DNA of 64,000 nt from NCBI GenBank assembly GCA_021787855.1, contig JAJYLI010000001.1:3274-67273 (forward strand), given 5' to 3'. The notes beneath the pieces were generated by a model, which saw nothing but the letters and a program-made list of their open reading frames with translations, was not told the origin of the DNA and did no database searches. Shown one piece after another: positions 7,652-17,434 of this stretch. The position numbers and the translations under genes were made by a program. The stretch is from a bacterium. GTDB taxonomy: Bacteria; Gemmatimonadota; Gemmatimonadetes; Gemmatimonadales; JACORV01. The first letter of the stretch is position 1. The number at the start of each line of letters is the position of its first letter.

Positions 7652-9610
7652 ATGCGCCGCCATGACGCTATCCGGCCAGTGAACCCGACCGAAGGCGACC
7701 GCGCGCTGGAGGCCCGGCTGGCGGCGGCCTTCGCCGGCGCGTACACGATCGAGAGCGAGATCGGCCGCGGGGGCATGGGCGTGGTGTACCGCGCGCACGA
7801 CGAGAAGCTCAAGCGCACGGTCGCCGTGAAGGTGCTGCCCCCCGAGCTGGCGTACCGGCGCGACATTCGTGCGCGCTTCGTGCGTGAGGCCGAAACGGCC
7901 GCCCGGCTCTCCCATCCGAACATCGTGCCGATTCACACCGTTGGCGACGCCCACGACCTGGTCTATTTCGTGATGGGCTATGTGGACGGCGAGTCGCTGG
8001 CCGTCCGCATCAAGCGCCGGGGCCGGCTGTCGGTGGACGAGGTGCGCCGGATCATGCGGGAGACGGCCGACGCGCTCGGCGCCGCCCATCAGCAGGGGGT
8101 GATTCATCGCGACGTGAAGCCCGACAACATCCTGCTGGAGGGCACGCGCGGACGGGTGATGGTCACCGACTTCGGGATCGCGAAGGCGCTGAGCGCCGAG
8201 GGCGGCACCCTGACCGACACGGGCATCGCCATCGGCACGCCGGCCTTCATGAGCCCGGAGCAGGCCGCGGGCGAGCGGACGATTGACGGCCGCTCCGATC
8301 TCTACTCGCTCGGCGTTGTGGCCTTCCAGATGCTCACCGGGGAGCTGCCCTTCCAGGCGCCCACCGTCCCCGGGTTGTTGATGAAGCAGATCAGCGCGAC
8401 GCCGACGCCGGTGGACCGGCTCCGGCCGGACACGCCCACGGACCTGGCGCGCACGGTGATGCGCTGCCTCGAGAAGGACCCGCAGGACCGCTGGGCGACG
8501 GCGGACGCGCTGCGCCGCGCGCTCGAGTCCGGCAATTACGAGCCCCCCCCTTCCGCGCGCCCGGCCGAGGCGCGCGAGGAGCCCGCCCAAGCGCGCCGCT
8601 CACGGGACCCGGCGCCCGCCCTGGCTGAAGCGGATGCGGTCCGCTGGCTCGAGCAGCGCCGCGACCGACGCGCCGTGCGGGCCCGGCACGTCCGCGACCG
8701 GCTGGAGCGCCGGCTCGACAAGGCGGAGCGCCGCCTGGACCGCCAGCGGAACGAGGAGCGGGAGGTCGCGCAGCAGGCGGCGCAGTCGGGCGAGGCGCTG
8801 ATGGTGGTGCAGATGCGGCACCGCGTGGCCCGGTACCTGTCCGCCAACGGGATGCTGATGCTGATCAACGTCACCGTTGCCGGCGGCATCGGCCACCCCT
8901 GGTTCCTCGTTCCGGCGGTCTTCATGGGCTGGGGACTGGCGCGGGACTACTCGCGCCTGTGGACCGCGGGCTATTCGTGGCGGGACGTGCTGCATCGCCC
9001 GCCGGCGCCGGACGCCGTCGAGGCCAAGATGCACCGCGGCGCCCGCGGGGCCCTGTCGCCCGCCGAGGAGTTCGGCTCGCACGCCGCCGGGGTCGAGCAG
9101 GCCGGGCGCGACCGCGCGGCCATCCACGACATGCTCGAGCGGCTGCCCGCCTCGGAGCGGAAGCTGCTTCCGGACATCGCCCCCACGGTGCAGCAACTCG
9201 AGGAGCGCGCCACCGATCTGGCGCGGACGCTGGCGGCGCTGGAGCGCGACCTCGACACGGCCGCGGAAGACAAGCTCGACGGGCGCATCGCGGCGCTGGA
9301 GCAGGAGCCGCGCGGCCCCGAGACGGAGCGCCGGCTGGCGCTGCTGCAGCGGCAGCGGCAGACGATCCACGACTTGAGCGGGCGCCGCGCCGCCCTCGAG
9401 TCCCAGCTCGACGCCTGCCTGCTGGCGATGCAGAACGTGCGGTTCGACCTGCTGCGGCTGCGCTCGGCGGGCGTGTCGGAAGCCCTCGGCGATCTGACTC
9501 AGGCCACCCAGCAGGCCCGGGCGCTCTCGCGCGATGTGGACGCCGCGGTCTCGGCGGCGGCCGAGATTCGCCGCCTCACCGGCCAGGACTCGGAGTCGCC
9601 GCGGCCCTGA
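7652..9610 (+). CDS. Ser/Thr protein kinase (Hanks type) with an Arg-rich linker, a C-terminal 2TM-like membrane hairpin and a coiled-coil tail
   Basis: Kinase motifs GRGGMGVVY, AVKVL, HRDVKPDNILL, DFGIAK and SPEQ. Membrane hairpin MLMLINVTVAGGIGHPWFLVPAVFMGWGLARDY. Long heptad-like tail (LEERATDLARTLAALERDL). Confidence 0.9.
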   Translation: MRRHDAIRPVNPTEGDRALEARLAAAFAGAYTIESEIGRGGMGVVYRAHDEKLKRTVAVKVLPPELAYRRDIRARFVREAETAARLSHPNIVPIHTVGDAHDLVYFVMGYVDGESLAVRIKRRGRLSVDEVRRIMRETADALGAAHQQGVIHRDVKPDNILLEGTRGRVMVTDFGIAKALSAEGGTLTDTGIAIGTPAFMSPEQAAGERTIDGRSDLYSLGVVAFQMLTGELPFQAPTVPGLLMKQISATPTPVDRLRPDTPTDLARTVMRCLEKDPQDRWATADALRRALESGNYEPPPSARPAEAREEPAQARRSRDPAPALAEADAVRWLEQRRDRRAVRARHVRDRLERRLDKAERRLDRQRNEEREVAQQAAQSGEALMVVQMRHRVARYLSANGMLMLINVTVAGGIGHPWFLVPAVFMGWGLARDYSRLWTAGYSWRDVLHRPPAPDAVEAKMHRGARGALSPAEEFGSHAAGVEQAGRDRAAIHDMLERLPASERKLLPDIAPTVQQLEERATDLARTLAALERDLDTAAEDKLDGRIAALEQEPRGPETERRLALLQRQRQTIHDLSGRRAALESQLDACLLAMQNVRFDLLRLRSAGVSEALGDLTQATQQARALSRDVDAAVSAAAEIRRLTGQDSESPRP

Positions 9611-9623
9611 GAGCCGCTTCCCG

Positions 9624-12600
9624 CTAGACGATCCCCCGGGCGGGGCAGGCCCCGAGCAGCCGCACGATCTCCTGCCTGGTCCAGCCGAACCGCCTCAGCA
9701 CCAGGGCCGACCGCACGGCGCCCGCGCACGCGACTCCACCCGCCCGGCCATTCACCACCGCGGTACCCCAGTAGCCAAGCTGCCACGAGGGTCGTTCCGC
9801 CTCCGCCCGGGCGAACAGCGGCGCGGCGACCTCGGCCGGCGCCCGCTGGGCGAGCACCACCATCGCGCGCGCCAGCGCCATCGGGAAGGGCCGGGCGAGG
9901 GTCGGCTTGAGGCCGGCCATCGCCCGGGCCGCCTCGCTCTCCGCCACGGCGAACCGGCCCCCGCTCGCATCCAGTTCCGCCAGGGTCGCCAGGGCGAAGC
10001 TCGAATCGCCGCCGACGCGCTCCACCCGCTCCAGCAGCGCGCGCCCCCCGGTCTCGTCGTGGAGCTGGAGCCGGATCAGGCCGCCGACCAGGAGCAGCCG
10101 CGGGTCATCCGGGCGGCCCGCCAACCCCGCGTCCAGGTGCGGGGCCGCCCGGGCGAAGTCGCCCCGGTCGAACAGCACGGTGGCCAGCAGCGCCTCCCGT
10201 GCGGCGTCCCGCGGCGCCGCCGCCAGCGCCAGCTCGGCGGAGCGCAGCGCCTCGAGCTGGTCGTGCGGCAGCGCGCGCGCGTAGGCCGCGCGCCACTCGC
10301 CCGGGGCGAGCGGCCAGGCCGTGAGCGGCGGCAGCGAGTCGCCCACCGCGGCCTTGAGCACGACCAGCGAGTCGAACACCGGCCCCGTGGCGGGCCCCGC
10401 CAGCAGCGAGCGGGCGGCCTCGAACTCCAGCGCCGGGTGGTCGTCGGTGTGCGCGAACGGCGCGCCCGCGGCCAGGGCCGCGGTGCCGCGCGAACCCAGC
10501 AGGAAGTGGCCCAGCAGGTCCGCGGGCCGAGTCAGCCGCAGCCAGTCCCGCGCCGCCGCGCCCGGACGGGTTCCGGAGCGCAGCACCGCCGCCACCCGCG
10601 CGCGATCCCAGCGGATCGGCGCGGCCGAAGCGAGCACGATCAGGTCGCTGGCGTTCGAGAACCACACCTGCACGTGGGGGAAGACCGCGCGCAGGTTGGC
10701 GATCACCACCGCCACCAGGCCCGGCGTCACCCGGTAGGTCTGCAGCCACTGGCAGAAGATCCCGCCGGGCGCGAGCCGGCGCGCCACCACCGCGAAGTAG
10801 TCCCGGGTGAACAGCGCCGCCACCCCCGCGATCCAGGGATTGGACGGCTCTGAGACCACGACGTCATACGGCTTCCGAGCCAGCAGCAGCGCACTGCGCG
10901 CGTCGTCCTCGATCACGTGGACCCGCGGATCGGCCAGCACGTCCCGGTTGACGTCCCGGAAGTCCGGGCTCGCCCGCAGCACCGCGCGCTCGATCTCCGC
11001 CACGTCGATCCGGGTGATTCCCGGGATGTCCGCGAGCGTTCGCGCGGTGGCCCCGCTGCCGAATCCCACCACGAACGCGCGGCGGGGATCGGGGTGCGCC
11101 AGGGCCGGCAGCAGGCCCAGCGACACCTGGGTGTCCATGTCGGCCACGCTGGAGGCGTCCACCTTGCCGTTGACCTTGAGCCAGGTCTGGCCGCCGTCCC
11201 GCCACACCGACACGGCCGAATTCCACCCCTCCTCGAAGCTGAGCTGCCGGGCGCCGTAGCCGCGCAGGTAGCGATTCACGGCCGCGGGCGACATCGGCGT
11301 GCCGCCGTACACGGCGGGCGCGCGGTCCAGCAGGCGCTCGGACCAGGGCGGCGTCCCCAGGACGATCAGCAGCGCGAGCGCGGCCAGCGCCGCGGGTGCC
11401 ACCTCCGCGGCACCGGGATAGCCGCCGCCGCGGCGCCGGTACGCCCACCAGGCGAGCGCCGCGGCGGCCGCGACGTTCACCGCCACGCCCAGCACCAGGG
11501 TGTGCTCGCTGCCCAGCACGTGGATGAGCACGAAGCCGGTGAGCGCCGCGCCGGCGATGCTGCCGAGCGTATTGGCCAGGTACGCCCTCCCGACCTCGCG
11601 CCCGGTCGCGCCGCTCCGTGCCGAGGTCAGCTCCGCCAGCAGCGGGAAGCTGATCCCCATGCCGACCGCGGGCGGAACGACCACCAGCGCCACCGCCGCG
11701 CCGTGCAGCGCGAGCAGCTCCGGCACCGTCAGCGAAGGATGCTGGAGCGTTTCCACGACATACGCCGGCAGCAGGCGAAAGAACGGGAACAGCAGCGCGG
11801 CCAGCACCGCGATCGCGCCCTGTACGGCCGCGGCGCGGAGCAACAACTCCGGCGGCGTCCGGCCGCGGCCGGTGGCCGCAAGACTGCCGAGCCCGATGCC
11901 GAGCAGGAAGCACCCCAGGATGGTCGTGAACGCGTACGTGGAGCTGCCGACCACCAGAATGAGGACCCGCGTCCAGGCGATCTCGTAGAGCAGGGAGGCG
12001 AAGGCCGTGGCCGCGATCAGGACGAGCGCCAGGCGCCGCGTCGCGGCCTCCGCCTCCACTCCGGCGGCCTGCGTGGCCGTGGCGGCTGCCGCTCCGGGTG
12101 TGGCGACGGGTCCCCGCGCCAGGAGCAAGGCCCCCGTGCCCAGCGCCAGGTTCACGACGCCGGTGCCGAGCAGCGAGGCGCGCAGCCCGATCAGCTCGAT
12201 CAGCAGGTAGCCGGCGGCGAGGCACCCCAGCACGCCGCCGGCCGTATTGAGCCCGTAGAACAGCGCCAGCTCGCCGCGCAGGGCCTCGCTCCGGTCGCGC
12301 GCGAACGCGCGGATCAGCACCGGCAGCGTCCCGCCCATGAGGAAGGTGGGGACCAGCAGCGCCACGAACGCGAAGGCGAACTTGATCGCGGTGCTCGCCC
12401 ACAGCCCCGGTTCCAGGGTCCGCGCCACGCCCAGGTAGGCCGCCTCCACCCCCCGCAGCACCCACGGCGACGCGAGCGCGAACAGGCCGATCGCGATCTC
12501 CAGCATCCCGTACAGCGCGGCGGGACGGGCGTGCCGGTCGGCGCGGCGGCCGAGCAGCCAGGCGCCGAGACCGAGGCCGCCCATGTAGGCGGCCACCACC

Positions 12601-12746
12601 GTGGTCACGGAGTGGATGGTGGAGCCGAAGACGTCGTAGAGATCCCGGACCCACACCAGCTCGTACACGAGGCCGGCGGCACCCGATACGGCGAAGATCA
12701 GTCCGAACAGCCCGCGCCGGGCACGCTGGCCGGCGAAGCCGGACAT
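9624..12746 (-). CDS. Fused polytopic-membrane/spermidine-synthase-like protein with a C-terminal TPR-like region (about 1040 aa)
   Basis: N-terminal multi-TM region (FAVSGAAGLVYELVWVR). Central aminopropyl/methyltransferase fold (VVGFGSGATARTLA...VVVSEPSNPW). Ala/Leu-rich helical repeats at the C-terminus. Start placed at ATG 12746, which overlaps the upstream stop (TGATG). Confidence 0.8.
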   Translation of the reverse strand: MSGFAGQRARRGLFGLIFAVSGAAGLVYELVWVRDLYDVFGSTIHSVTTVVAAYMGGLGLGAWLLGRRADRHARPAALYGMLEIAIGLFALASPWVLRGVEAAYLGVARTLEPGLWASTAIKFAFAFVALLVPTFLMGGTLPVLIRAFARDRSEALRGELALFYGLNTAGGVLGCLAAGYLLIELIGLRASLLGTGVVNLALGTGALLLARGPVATPGAAAATATQAAGVEAEAATRRLALVLIAATAFASLLYEIAWTRVLILVVGSSTYAFTTILGCFLLGIGLGSLAATGRGRTPPELLLRAAAVQGAIAVLAALLFPFFRLLPAYVVETLQHPSLTVPELLALHGAAVALVVVPPAVGMGISFPLLAELTSARSGATGREVGRAYLANTLGSIAGAALTGFVLIHVLGSEHTLVLGVAVNVAAAAALAWWAYRRRGGGYPGAAEVAPAALAALALLIVLGTPPWSERLLDRAPAVYGGTPMSPAAVNRYLRGYGARQLSFEEGWNSAVSVWRDGGQTWLKVNGKVDASSVADMDTQVSLGLLPALAHPDPRRAFVVGFGSGATARTLADIPGITRIDVAEIERAVLRASPDFRDVNRDVLADPRVHVIEDDARSALLLARKPYDVVVSEPSNPWIAGVAALFTRDYFAVVARRLAPGGIFCQWLQTYRVTPGLVAVVIANLRAVFPHVQVWFSNASDLIVLASAAPIRWDRARVAAVLRSGTRPGAAARDWLRLTRPADLLGHFLLGSRGTAALAAGAPFAHTDDHPALEFEAARSLLAGPATGPVFDSLVVLKAAVGDSLPPLTAWPLAPGEWRAAYARALPHDQLEALRSAELALAAAPRDAAREALLATVLFDRGDFARAAPHLDAGLAGRPDDPRLLLVGGLIRLQLHDETGGRALLERVERVGGDSSFALATLAELDASGGRFAVAESEAARAMAGLKPTLARPFPMALARAMVVLAQRAPAEVAAPLFARAEAERPSWQLGYWGTAVVNGRAGGVACAGAVRSALVLRRFGWTRQEIVRLLGACPARGIV

Positions 12747-14869
12747 CAGAAGGCCGCCAGCTCCCGGATCGCGTCGGCGACGTCCGCGACCTGTGGCAGG
12801 ATGCGGTCCTCGAGCTGGGGCGCGTACCCCACGAACGTGTCCATCGAGGCGACCCGGCGCACCGGGGCGTCGAGCCAGGGGAACAGCTCGTCGGCCGCGC
12901 GCGCAGCCAGCTCCGCCCCGTAGCCCCACGACAGGGCGTCTTCGTGGACGATCAGCAGGCGACTGGTGCGCCGGACCGATTCCGCCAGGCGCTCCCAGTC
13001 CACGGGGGCCAGCGAGCGCAGATCAATGACTTCCGCCCGGATCCCGGCGTGTTCCTCCACCTCCTTGGCCGCGACCAGCGAGCGCTGGACCAGCGCACCG
13101 TAGGTCACCACGGTCAGGTCGGTGCCCGGCCGGACCACCTTCGCCTTGCCGAACGGGATCAGGTAGTCCGGGCCCGGGTTCGGCGCCTTGTTGTAGGTCT
13201 GCCGGTAGAGATGCTTGTGCTCCAGGAACAGCACCGGATCGTCGCACCGGATCGCGGTCCGCAGCAGCCCGTTGGCGTCCAGCGCGGTTGACGGGCACAC
13301 GACGCGCAGGCCGGGCACGTGGGTGAACAGCGACGCGCCGGTCTGCGAGTGGTAGATCGCGCCGCCCTTGAGGTACCCCCCGTACGCCACCCGCACCACG
13401 ACGGGCGCGCTGAACGCGTTGTTGGACCGCCAGCGCAGCGTCGCGAGCTCGTTCCGAATCTGCATGTACGCCGGCCAGATGTAGTCGAAGAACTGGATCT
13501 CCACGACCGGCTTCAGCCCCCGCGTGGCCATTCCGATCGCGCGGCCCACGATGTTCGCCTCGGCCAGCGGGCTGTTGAACACGCGGTCGCCGCCGAACCG
13601 CTTCTGCAGGCCCCAGGTGACCTTGAACACCCCGCCCTTGCCCTTGACCCGGTCCAGGTAGGCCTCGCGCGACGCGTCGGCGACGTCCTCGCCAAACACC
13701 ACGATGCGCGGGTCGCGCGCCATCTCGTCGCGGAGGCACCCGTTGAGCAGGTCCACCATCGTGGTCGGGTCCCCGGTGAACCGCGGCCGGTCCTCGGTGT
13801 CGAAGGCGGCGGCGGCGGGGTCCACGTCCGGCGAATACACGAAGTCCATCACCGTTTCCGGCGGCGGCGGCGGCGCGGCGAGCGCCGCTTCGCTCGCGGC
13901 CTCCACCGCGGCCGCCACCTCCGCCTGCACCCGCTCGATCTCCTCCGCCGTCGCCATTCCCTCGGCCAGCAGCCGTTCCGGGAAGCGCTGCACGGGATCG
14001 CGCGCGGCCTCCGCCGCGCGCTCCTCGGGCGGCCGGTACATGACCTCGTCGTCGGACAGGGAGTGCGAGTAGGGCCGGATCACGTGGGCGTGCACCAGCG
14101 CGGGACCCCGCCGGGCGCGGCAGTGCGCCACCGCGCGGCGCAGCACGTCGTAGGAGGCGATCGGATCGCAGCCGTCCACCTCCTCGACCAGCAGATCGGG
14201 GAAGGCCGCCACCAGCTTCGAGACGGACTGCCCGGCCGTCTGGACCTCGATCGGCACCGAGATCGCGTACCCGTTGTCCTCCACCAGGTACAGCACCGGA
14301 AGCTTGAGGTTCGAGGCGGTGTTCAGCGATTCCCAGAATTCCCCTTCGCTCACGGTCCCGTCGCCCAGCGAGCAGTACACGACCTCGTCGCGCTGCATGC
14401 GCGAGGCGCGGTCCGCGATGGCCGGGATGCGGTCGTAGCGGTACCACGCTTCGGCGCAGCCGGCGGCCTGCAGGCACTGGGTGCCGGTGGGGCTCGACTG
14501 GCTCACGATGTGCAGCTGGCGGTGGCCCCAGTGCGACGGCATCTGCCGGCCGCCCGAGTTCGGGTCGGCGGCGGCCCCGACGGCCGCCAGCAGCATCTCC
14601 GTGGGTGTCATGCCGAGCGCGAGACACAGCGCCCGGTCGCGGTAGTACGGGTAGAACCAGTCGTAGCCCGGCTTCAGGGCCATGCCGGCGGCCACCAGCA
14701 CCGCCTCGTGGCCGGCGCCCGAGATCTGGAAGAAGATCTTGTTCTGCCGCTTGAGCTGGATCTCCCGGTCATCGAGCCGCCGGGACAGCAGCATGAGGCG
14801 GTAGAGACCCAGCAGGTCTGCCCGGCTGAGCCGCCGCGGCTCCGCCTGGTGCTTGACACGGGTGGCCAT
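12746..14869 (-). CDS. 2-oxoacid (branched-chain type) dehydrogenase E1 component, alpha and beta subunits fused
   Basis: Alpha part: [18 protein letters not shown] motif [15 protein letters not shown]. Beta part: FGEDVAD...[31 protein letters not shown]. Start trimmed to MATRVKH (ATG 14869). Confidence 0.9.
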   Translation of the reverse strand: MATRVKHQAEPRRLSRADLLGLYRLMLLSRRLDDREIQLKRQNKIFFQISGAGHEAVLVAAGMALKPGYDWFYPYYRDRALCLALGMTPTEMLLAAVGAAADPNSGGRQMPSHWGHRQLHIVSQSSPTGTQCLQAAGCAEAWYRYDRIPAIADRASRMQRDEVVYCSLGDGTVSEGEFWESLNTASNLKLPVLYLVEDNGYAISVPIEVQTAGQSVSKLVAAFPDLLVEEVDGCDPIASYDVLRRAVAHCRARRGPALVHAHVIRPYSHSLSDDEVMYRPPEERAAEAARDPVQRFPERLLAEGMATAEEIERVQAEVAAAVEAASEAALAAPPPPPETVMDFVYSPDVDPAAAAFDTEDRPRFTGDPTTMVDLLNGCLRDEMARDPRIVVFGEDVADASREAYLDRVKGKGGVFKVTWGLQKRFGGDRVFNSPLAEANIVGRAIGMATRGLKPVVEIQFFDYIWPAYMQIRNELATLRWRSNNAFSAPVVVRVAYGGYLKGGAIYHSQTGASLFTHVPGLRVVCPSTALDANGLLRTAIRCDDPVLFLEHKHLYRQTYNKAPNPGPDYLIPFGKAKVVRPGTDLTVVTYGALVQRSLVAAKEVEEHAGIRAEVIDLRSLAPVDWERLAESVRRTSRLLIVHEDALSWGYGAELAARAADELFPWLDAPVRRVASMDTFVGYAPQLEDRILPQVADVADAIRELAAF

Positions 14870-14980
14870 GGAGGACGCAAGATAGCCGCGGCCCCAATCC
14901 CGCTCAACGCCGTCCCCGCTCTCTCGCGTCCGGCCGCGGCCGGGGCTAGCTTTGCGGATCTCCCCGGAGCAAGGCCGAGC

Positions 14981-15466
14981 GTGAACGACACCGCCAGACA
15001 GACCGTCCTGCGCCATTTCCCCTACGGGCTCTACGCCGTGACCGTGATGAGCGAAGGGGAGGACCACGCCATCACGGCGAACTGGGTCATGCAGGCGGCC
15101 TTCACGCCGCCCATGCTCGTGACGGCCCTCCAGAACGAGTCCAAGTGCCTGCCGATGATCCGGGACGCCCGCGGGTTCGCGGTGAACGTGCTGGCCGCGG
15201 GCCAGCGCGAGCTGGCGCTCCAGTTGGGGCGTTCCTCACGCCACGTCCCGTACAAGCTGCGGGGCGTGCCGACCCGCCCGGCGCCGATCACCGGCGCGCC
15301 GATCCTGACCGAGGGCCTGGGCTGGGTGGAGTGCCGGCTGGTCGCGACGATGCCGGCGGGCGACCACACGCTGGTGTTGGGCGAGGTGGTCGAGGCCGGC
15401 GTGGAGCGCCCCGGGACGCCCCTCGCGCCGGACGCGGCGGGGATGCGGTACGCCGGCGCGAAGTGA
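14981..15466 (+). CDS. Flavin reductase-like domain protein
   Basis: [42 protein letters not shown] fits the FMN-binding split-barrel flavin reductase pattern. GTG 14981 is in frame and upstream of the domain. It is hidden at the end of shadow ORF 13319..15466. Confidence 0.75.
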   Translation: MNDTARQTVLRHFPYGLYAVTVMSEGEDHAITANWVMQAAFTPPMLVTALQNESKCLPMIRDARGFAVNVLAAGQRELALQLGRSSRHVPYKLRGVPTRPAPITGAPILTEGLGWVECRLVATMPAGDHTLVLGEVVEAGVERPGTPLAPDAAGMRYAGAK

Positions 15467-15467
15467 C

Positions 15468-16907
15468 CTGACGGCGGCCGCGCTCGTCCTCGCGGCCGCC
15501 TGCGCCCCGCTGGCTCCCGTCGCGGCCCAGGCGCCGCCCGACACCCTCATCTACGATCTGCTGGTCATCCCCGCCGCGCCGCCGCACCTGGACGTCGAGG
15601 GACGGCTGACCGTCCGCCGGGCGGGTGACGTCCGGTTCGCGGGGCCGCCCGCCGCGCCGAGCGCCGGCACGCGGGTCGAGGGCTTCACGGCTACGGACGA
15701 CCGCGGCGTCCCGCTCCCCGTGCGCGCCGGGGGCGACGGGTACGCCGTCGCGGCCCGCGCGGGCGCGATCCGGTTCCGCTACCGGCTGACCTTCGACGAC
15801 ACCGTTCCCGTCTCCACCGGAGCCGCCCTCTCGCCGTCCCACCTCTACGCCGTGACCGGCGCCCTGTTCGCCGCGCCCGAGGCCGCGAATCCGGCCGGGG
15901 AGGCCCCCCTCCGGCTGCGGCTTCACGTCGGCGTGCCACCGGGCTGGGAGGTGGTCACGGGCTGGGGCGTGGGCGACCGCACGTTCACTCCGCCCAACCG
16001 CCGCGCGCTGCTCGGGTCCACCCTCGCCGCCGCCCCCGACTTCCGGCTGTACCGCGACACGGCCGCGGGCACCCGGTTCGTGCTCGCGATCCGGGGCGAG
16101 CGCCGCTTCGCGGACACGGCGCTGGCGCGCGTCATCGCCGCGAGCCTCCGCGAGGCCCGCGCCCTGCTCGGGCCCGTCCCGGTGCCGCGCGTCACCTACG
16201 TCGCGGACGTGGGCGCGACCGGCAGCACCTCCGCCAGTCTCCAGGGCCGCGCCACCGTCGGGCTGCTGTGGGGAAGCGGCGACTCCCTGGGGCTGCCGCG
16301 CATCCATGACGTGTTTCACGAAACGCTGCACCTGTGGTTCGGCGGCGTTCTCCAGACGGCCCGCTGGTGGACGGAGGGCGTAACCGACTACTACGCCGCG
16401 CGCCTGCAGTCCGAGTGGAGCGGCCGGGCGGGCGACCTCGCCACGCTCATCTTCCGGTCGCTGGACGACTACCTGCGGATTCCCCGGCGCACCCGCATGA
16501 CGATGGACCAGGAGGCGCGGGCGAACGTGCTGGGCGACAACACGACGCTGCTGGTCTACCGCAAGGGCATGCTCGCGGCCCTGCTGCTGGACGCCGCGAT
16601 CCGCCGCTCCACCGGCGGGTCGGCCAGCCTGGACGACGTGGCCCGCGAGGCGCTCGCGCTCGCGCGCTCGCGGGCCGACGGCCGCGTGGCCGAGTCGGAA
16701 CTGCGCGCGCTGGCCATCGCGGCCGGCGGCCCCGCCGTGGGGGCGCTCTGGACGCGGGTCGTCGCCGGTGACACACTGCTGAGCAGGGAGGAGGTGGCCG
16801 CCGCCCTGCGGGCGGTCACGCGCCGGCGGGCCGTCGCCGACCCGGCGGGCGGGGCCTCACGCGGGCGGCGGCGGCGGACACGTCAAACCATGAGGCGGAC
16901 GTCATGA
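15468..16907 (+). CDS. Putative secreted zinc metallopeptidase (gluzincin, M1/M61-like HExxH...E)
   Basis: HETLHLWFG...WWTEGVTDYYA. The ORF track starts at GTG 15720, but the frame stays coding-like (GC3-rich) back to about 15468. There it encodes a signal-peptide-like LTAAALVLAAACAPLAPVAAQA. No ATG, GTG or TTG is available; CTG 15468 is the only near-cognate start. Confidence 0.65.
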   Translation: MTAAALVLAAACAPLAPVAAQAPPDTLIYDLLVIPAAPPHLDVEGRLTVRRAGDVRFAGPPAAPSAGTRVEGFTATDDRGVPLPVRAGGDGYAVAARAGAIRFRYRLTFDDTVPVSTGAALSPSHLYAVTGALFAAPEAANPAGEAPLRLRLHVGVPPGWEVVTGWGVGDRTFTPPNRRALLGSTLAAAPDFRLYRDTAAGTRFVLAIRGERRFADTALARVIAASLREARALLGPVPVPRVTYVADVGATGSTSASLQGRATVGLLWGSGDSLGLPRIHDVFHETLHLWFGGVLQTARWWTEGVTDYYAARLQSEWSGRAGDLATLIFRSLDDYLRIPRRTRMTMDQEARANVLGDNTTLLVYRKGMLAALLLDAAIRRSTGGSASLDDVAREALALARSRADGRVAESELRALAIAAGGPAVGALWTRVVAGDTLLSREEVAAALRAVTRRRAVADPAGGASRGRRRRTRQTMRRTS

Positions 16908-17434
16908 CGCTCGAGGGACGGACGGTGCTGTTCTTCGCGGGCCCGCACTACGAGGACCTGGAGCTGTGGTACCCGAAGATCCGGCTGGAGGAGGAGGGGG
17001 CCAGGACGGTGGTGGTCGGGCTGGGCGAACCCGTCTACGTCGGCAAGAAGGGCTACCCGGTCACCGTGGATCGGCAGGTGGACGACATCCTTCCCGAGGT
17101 GTACGACGGCCTGGTCATCCCGGGCGGGTACGCCCCCGATCACATCCGGCGTTCGGAGAAGGCGCTCGCCATCACGCGCGCGATCGCGGACGCCGGCAAG
17201 CCGGTGGCGTTCATCTGCCACGCGGCGTGGGTGCCCGTTTCGGCGGGGTTGCTGAAGGGCCGCAAGGTGACGTGCGTTCGCGCGATCCGGGACGACGTGG
17301 TCAACGCCGGGGCGCAGTACCTCGACGAGCCCGTGGTGGTGGACGGCAACCTGATCTCGTCGCGCACGCCCGCCGACCTGCCCCAGTTCTGCCGCGCCAT
17401 CATCCGGGCGCTGGCCGCCACCCCCACGAACTAG
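16904..17434 (+). CDS. DJ-1/PfpI family intracellular protease/amidase
   Basis: Nucleophile-elbow motif KPVAFICHAAW plus GGYAPD. ATGA overlap with the upstream peptidase stop. Confidence 0.85.
   Translation: MTLEGRTVLFFAGPHYEDLELWYPKIRLEEEGARTVVVGLGEPVYVGKKGYPVTVDRQVDDILPEVYDGLVIPGGYAPDHIRRSEKALAITRAIADAGKPVAFICHAAWVPVSAGLLKGRKVTCVRAIRDDVVNAGAQYLDEPVVVDGNLISSRTPADLPQFCRAIIRALAATPTN

Noticed and set aside
15443-15470. A prfB-like programmed +1 frameshift at AAG-TGA-C, joining MRYAGAK to the peptidase signal peptide.
   Set aside because: The P-site codon AAG cannot re-pair in the +1 frame (AGU), and there is no upstream SD-like stimulator. CTG initiation or an assembly indel is a simpler explanation. 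The anomaly itself is kept as a finding.
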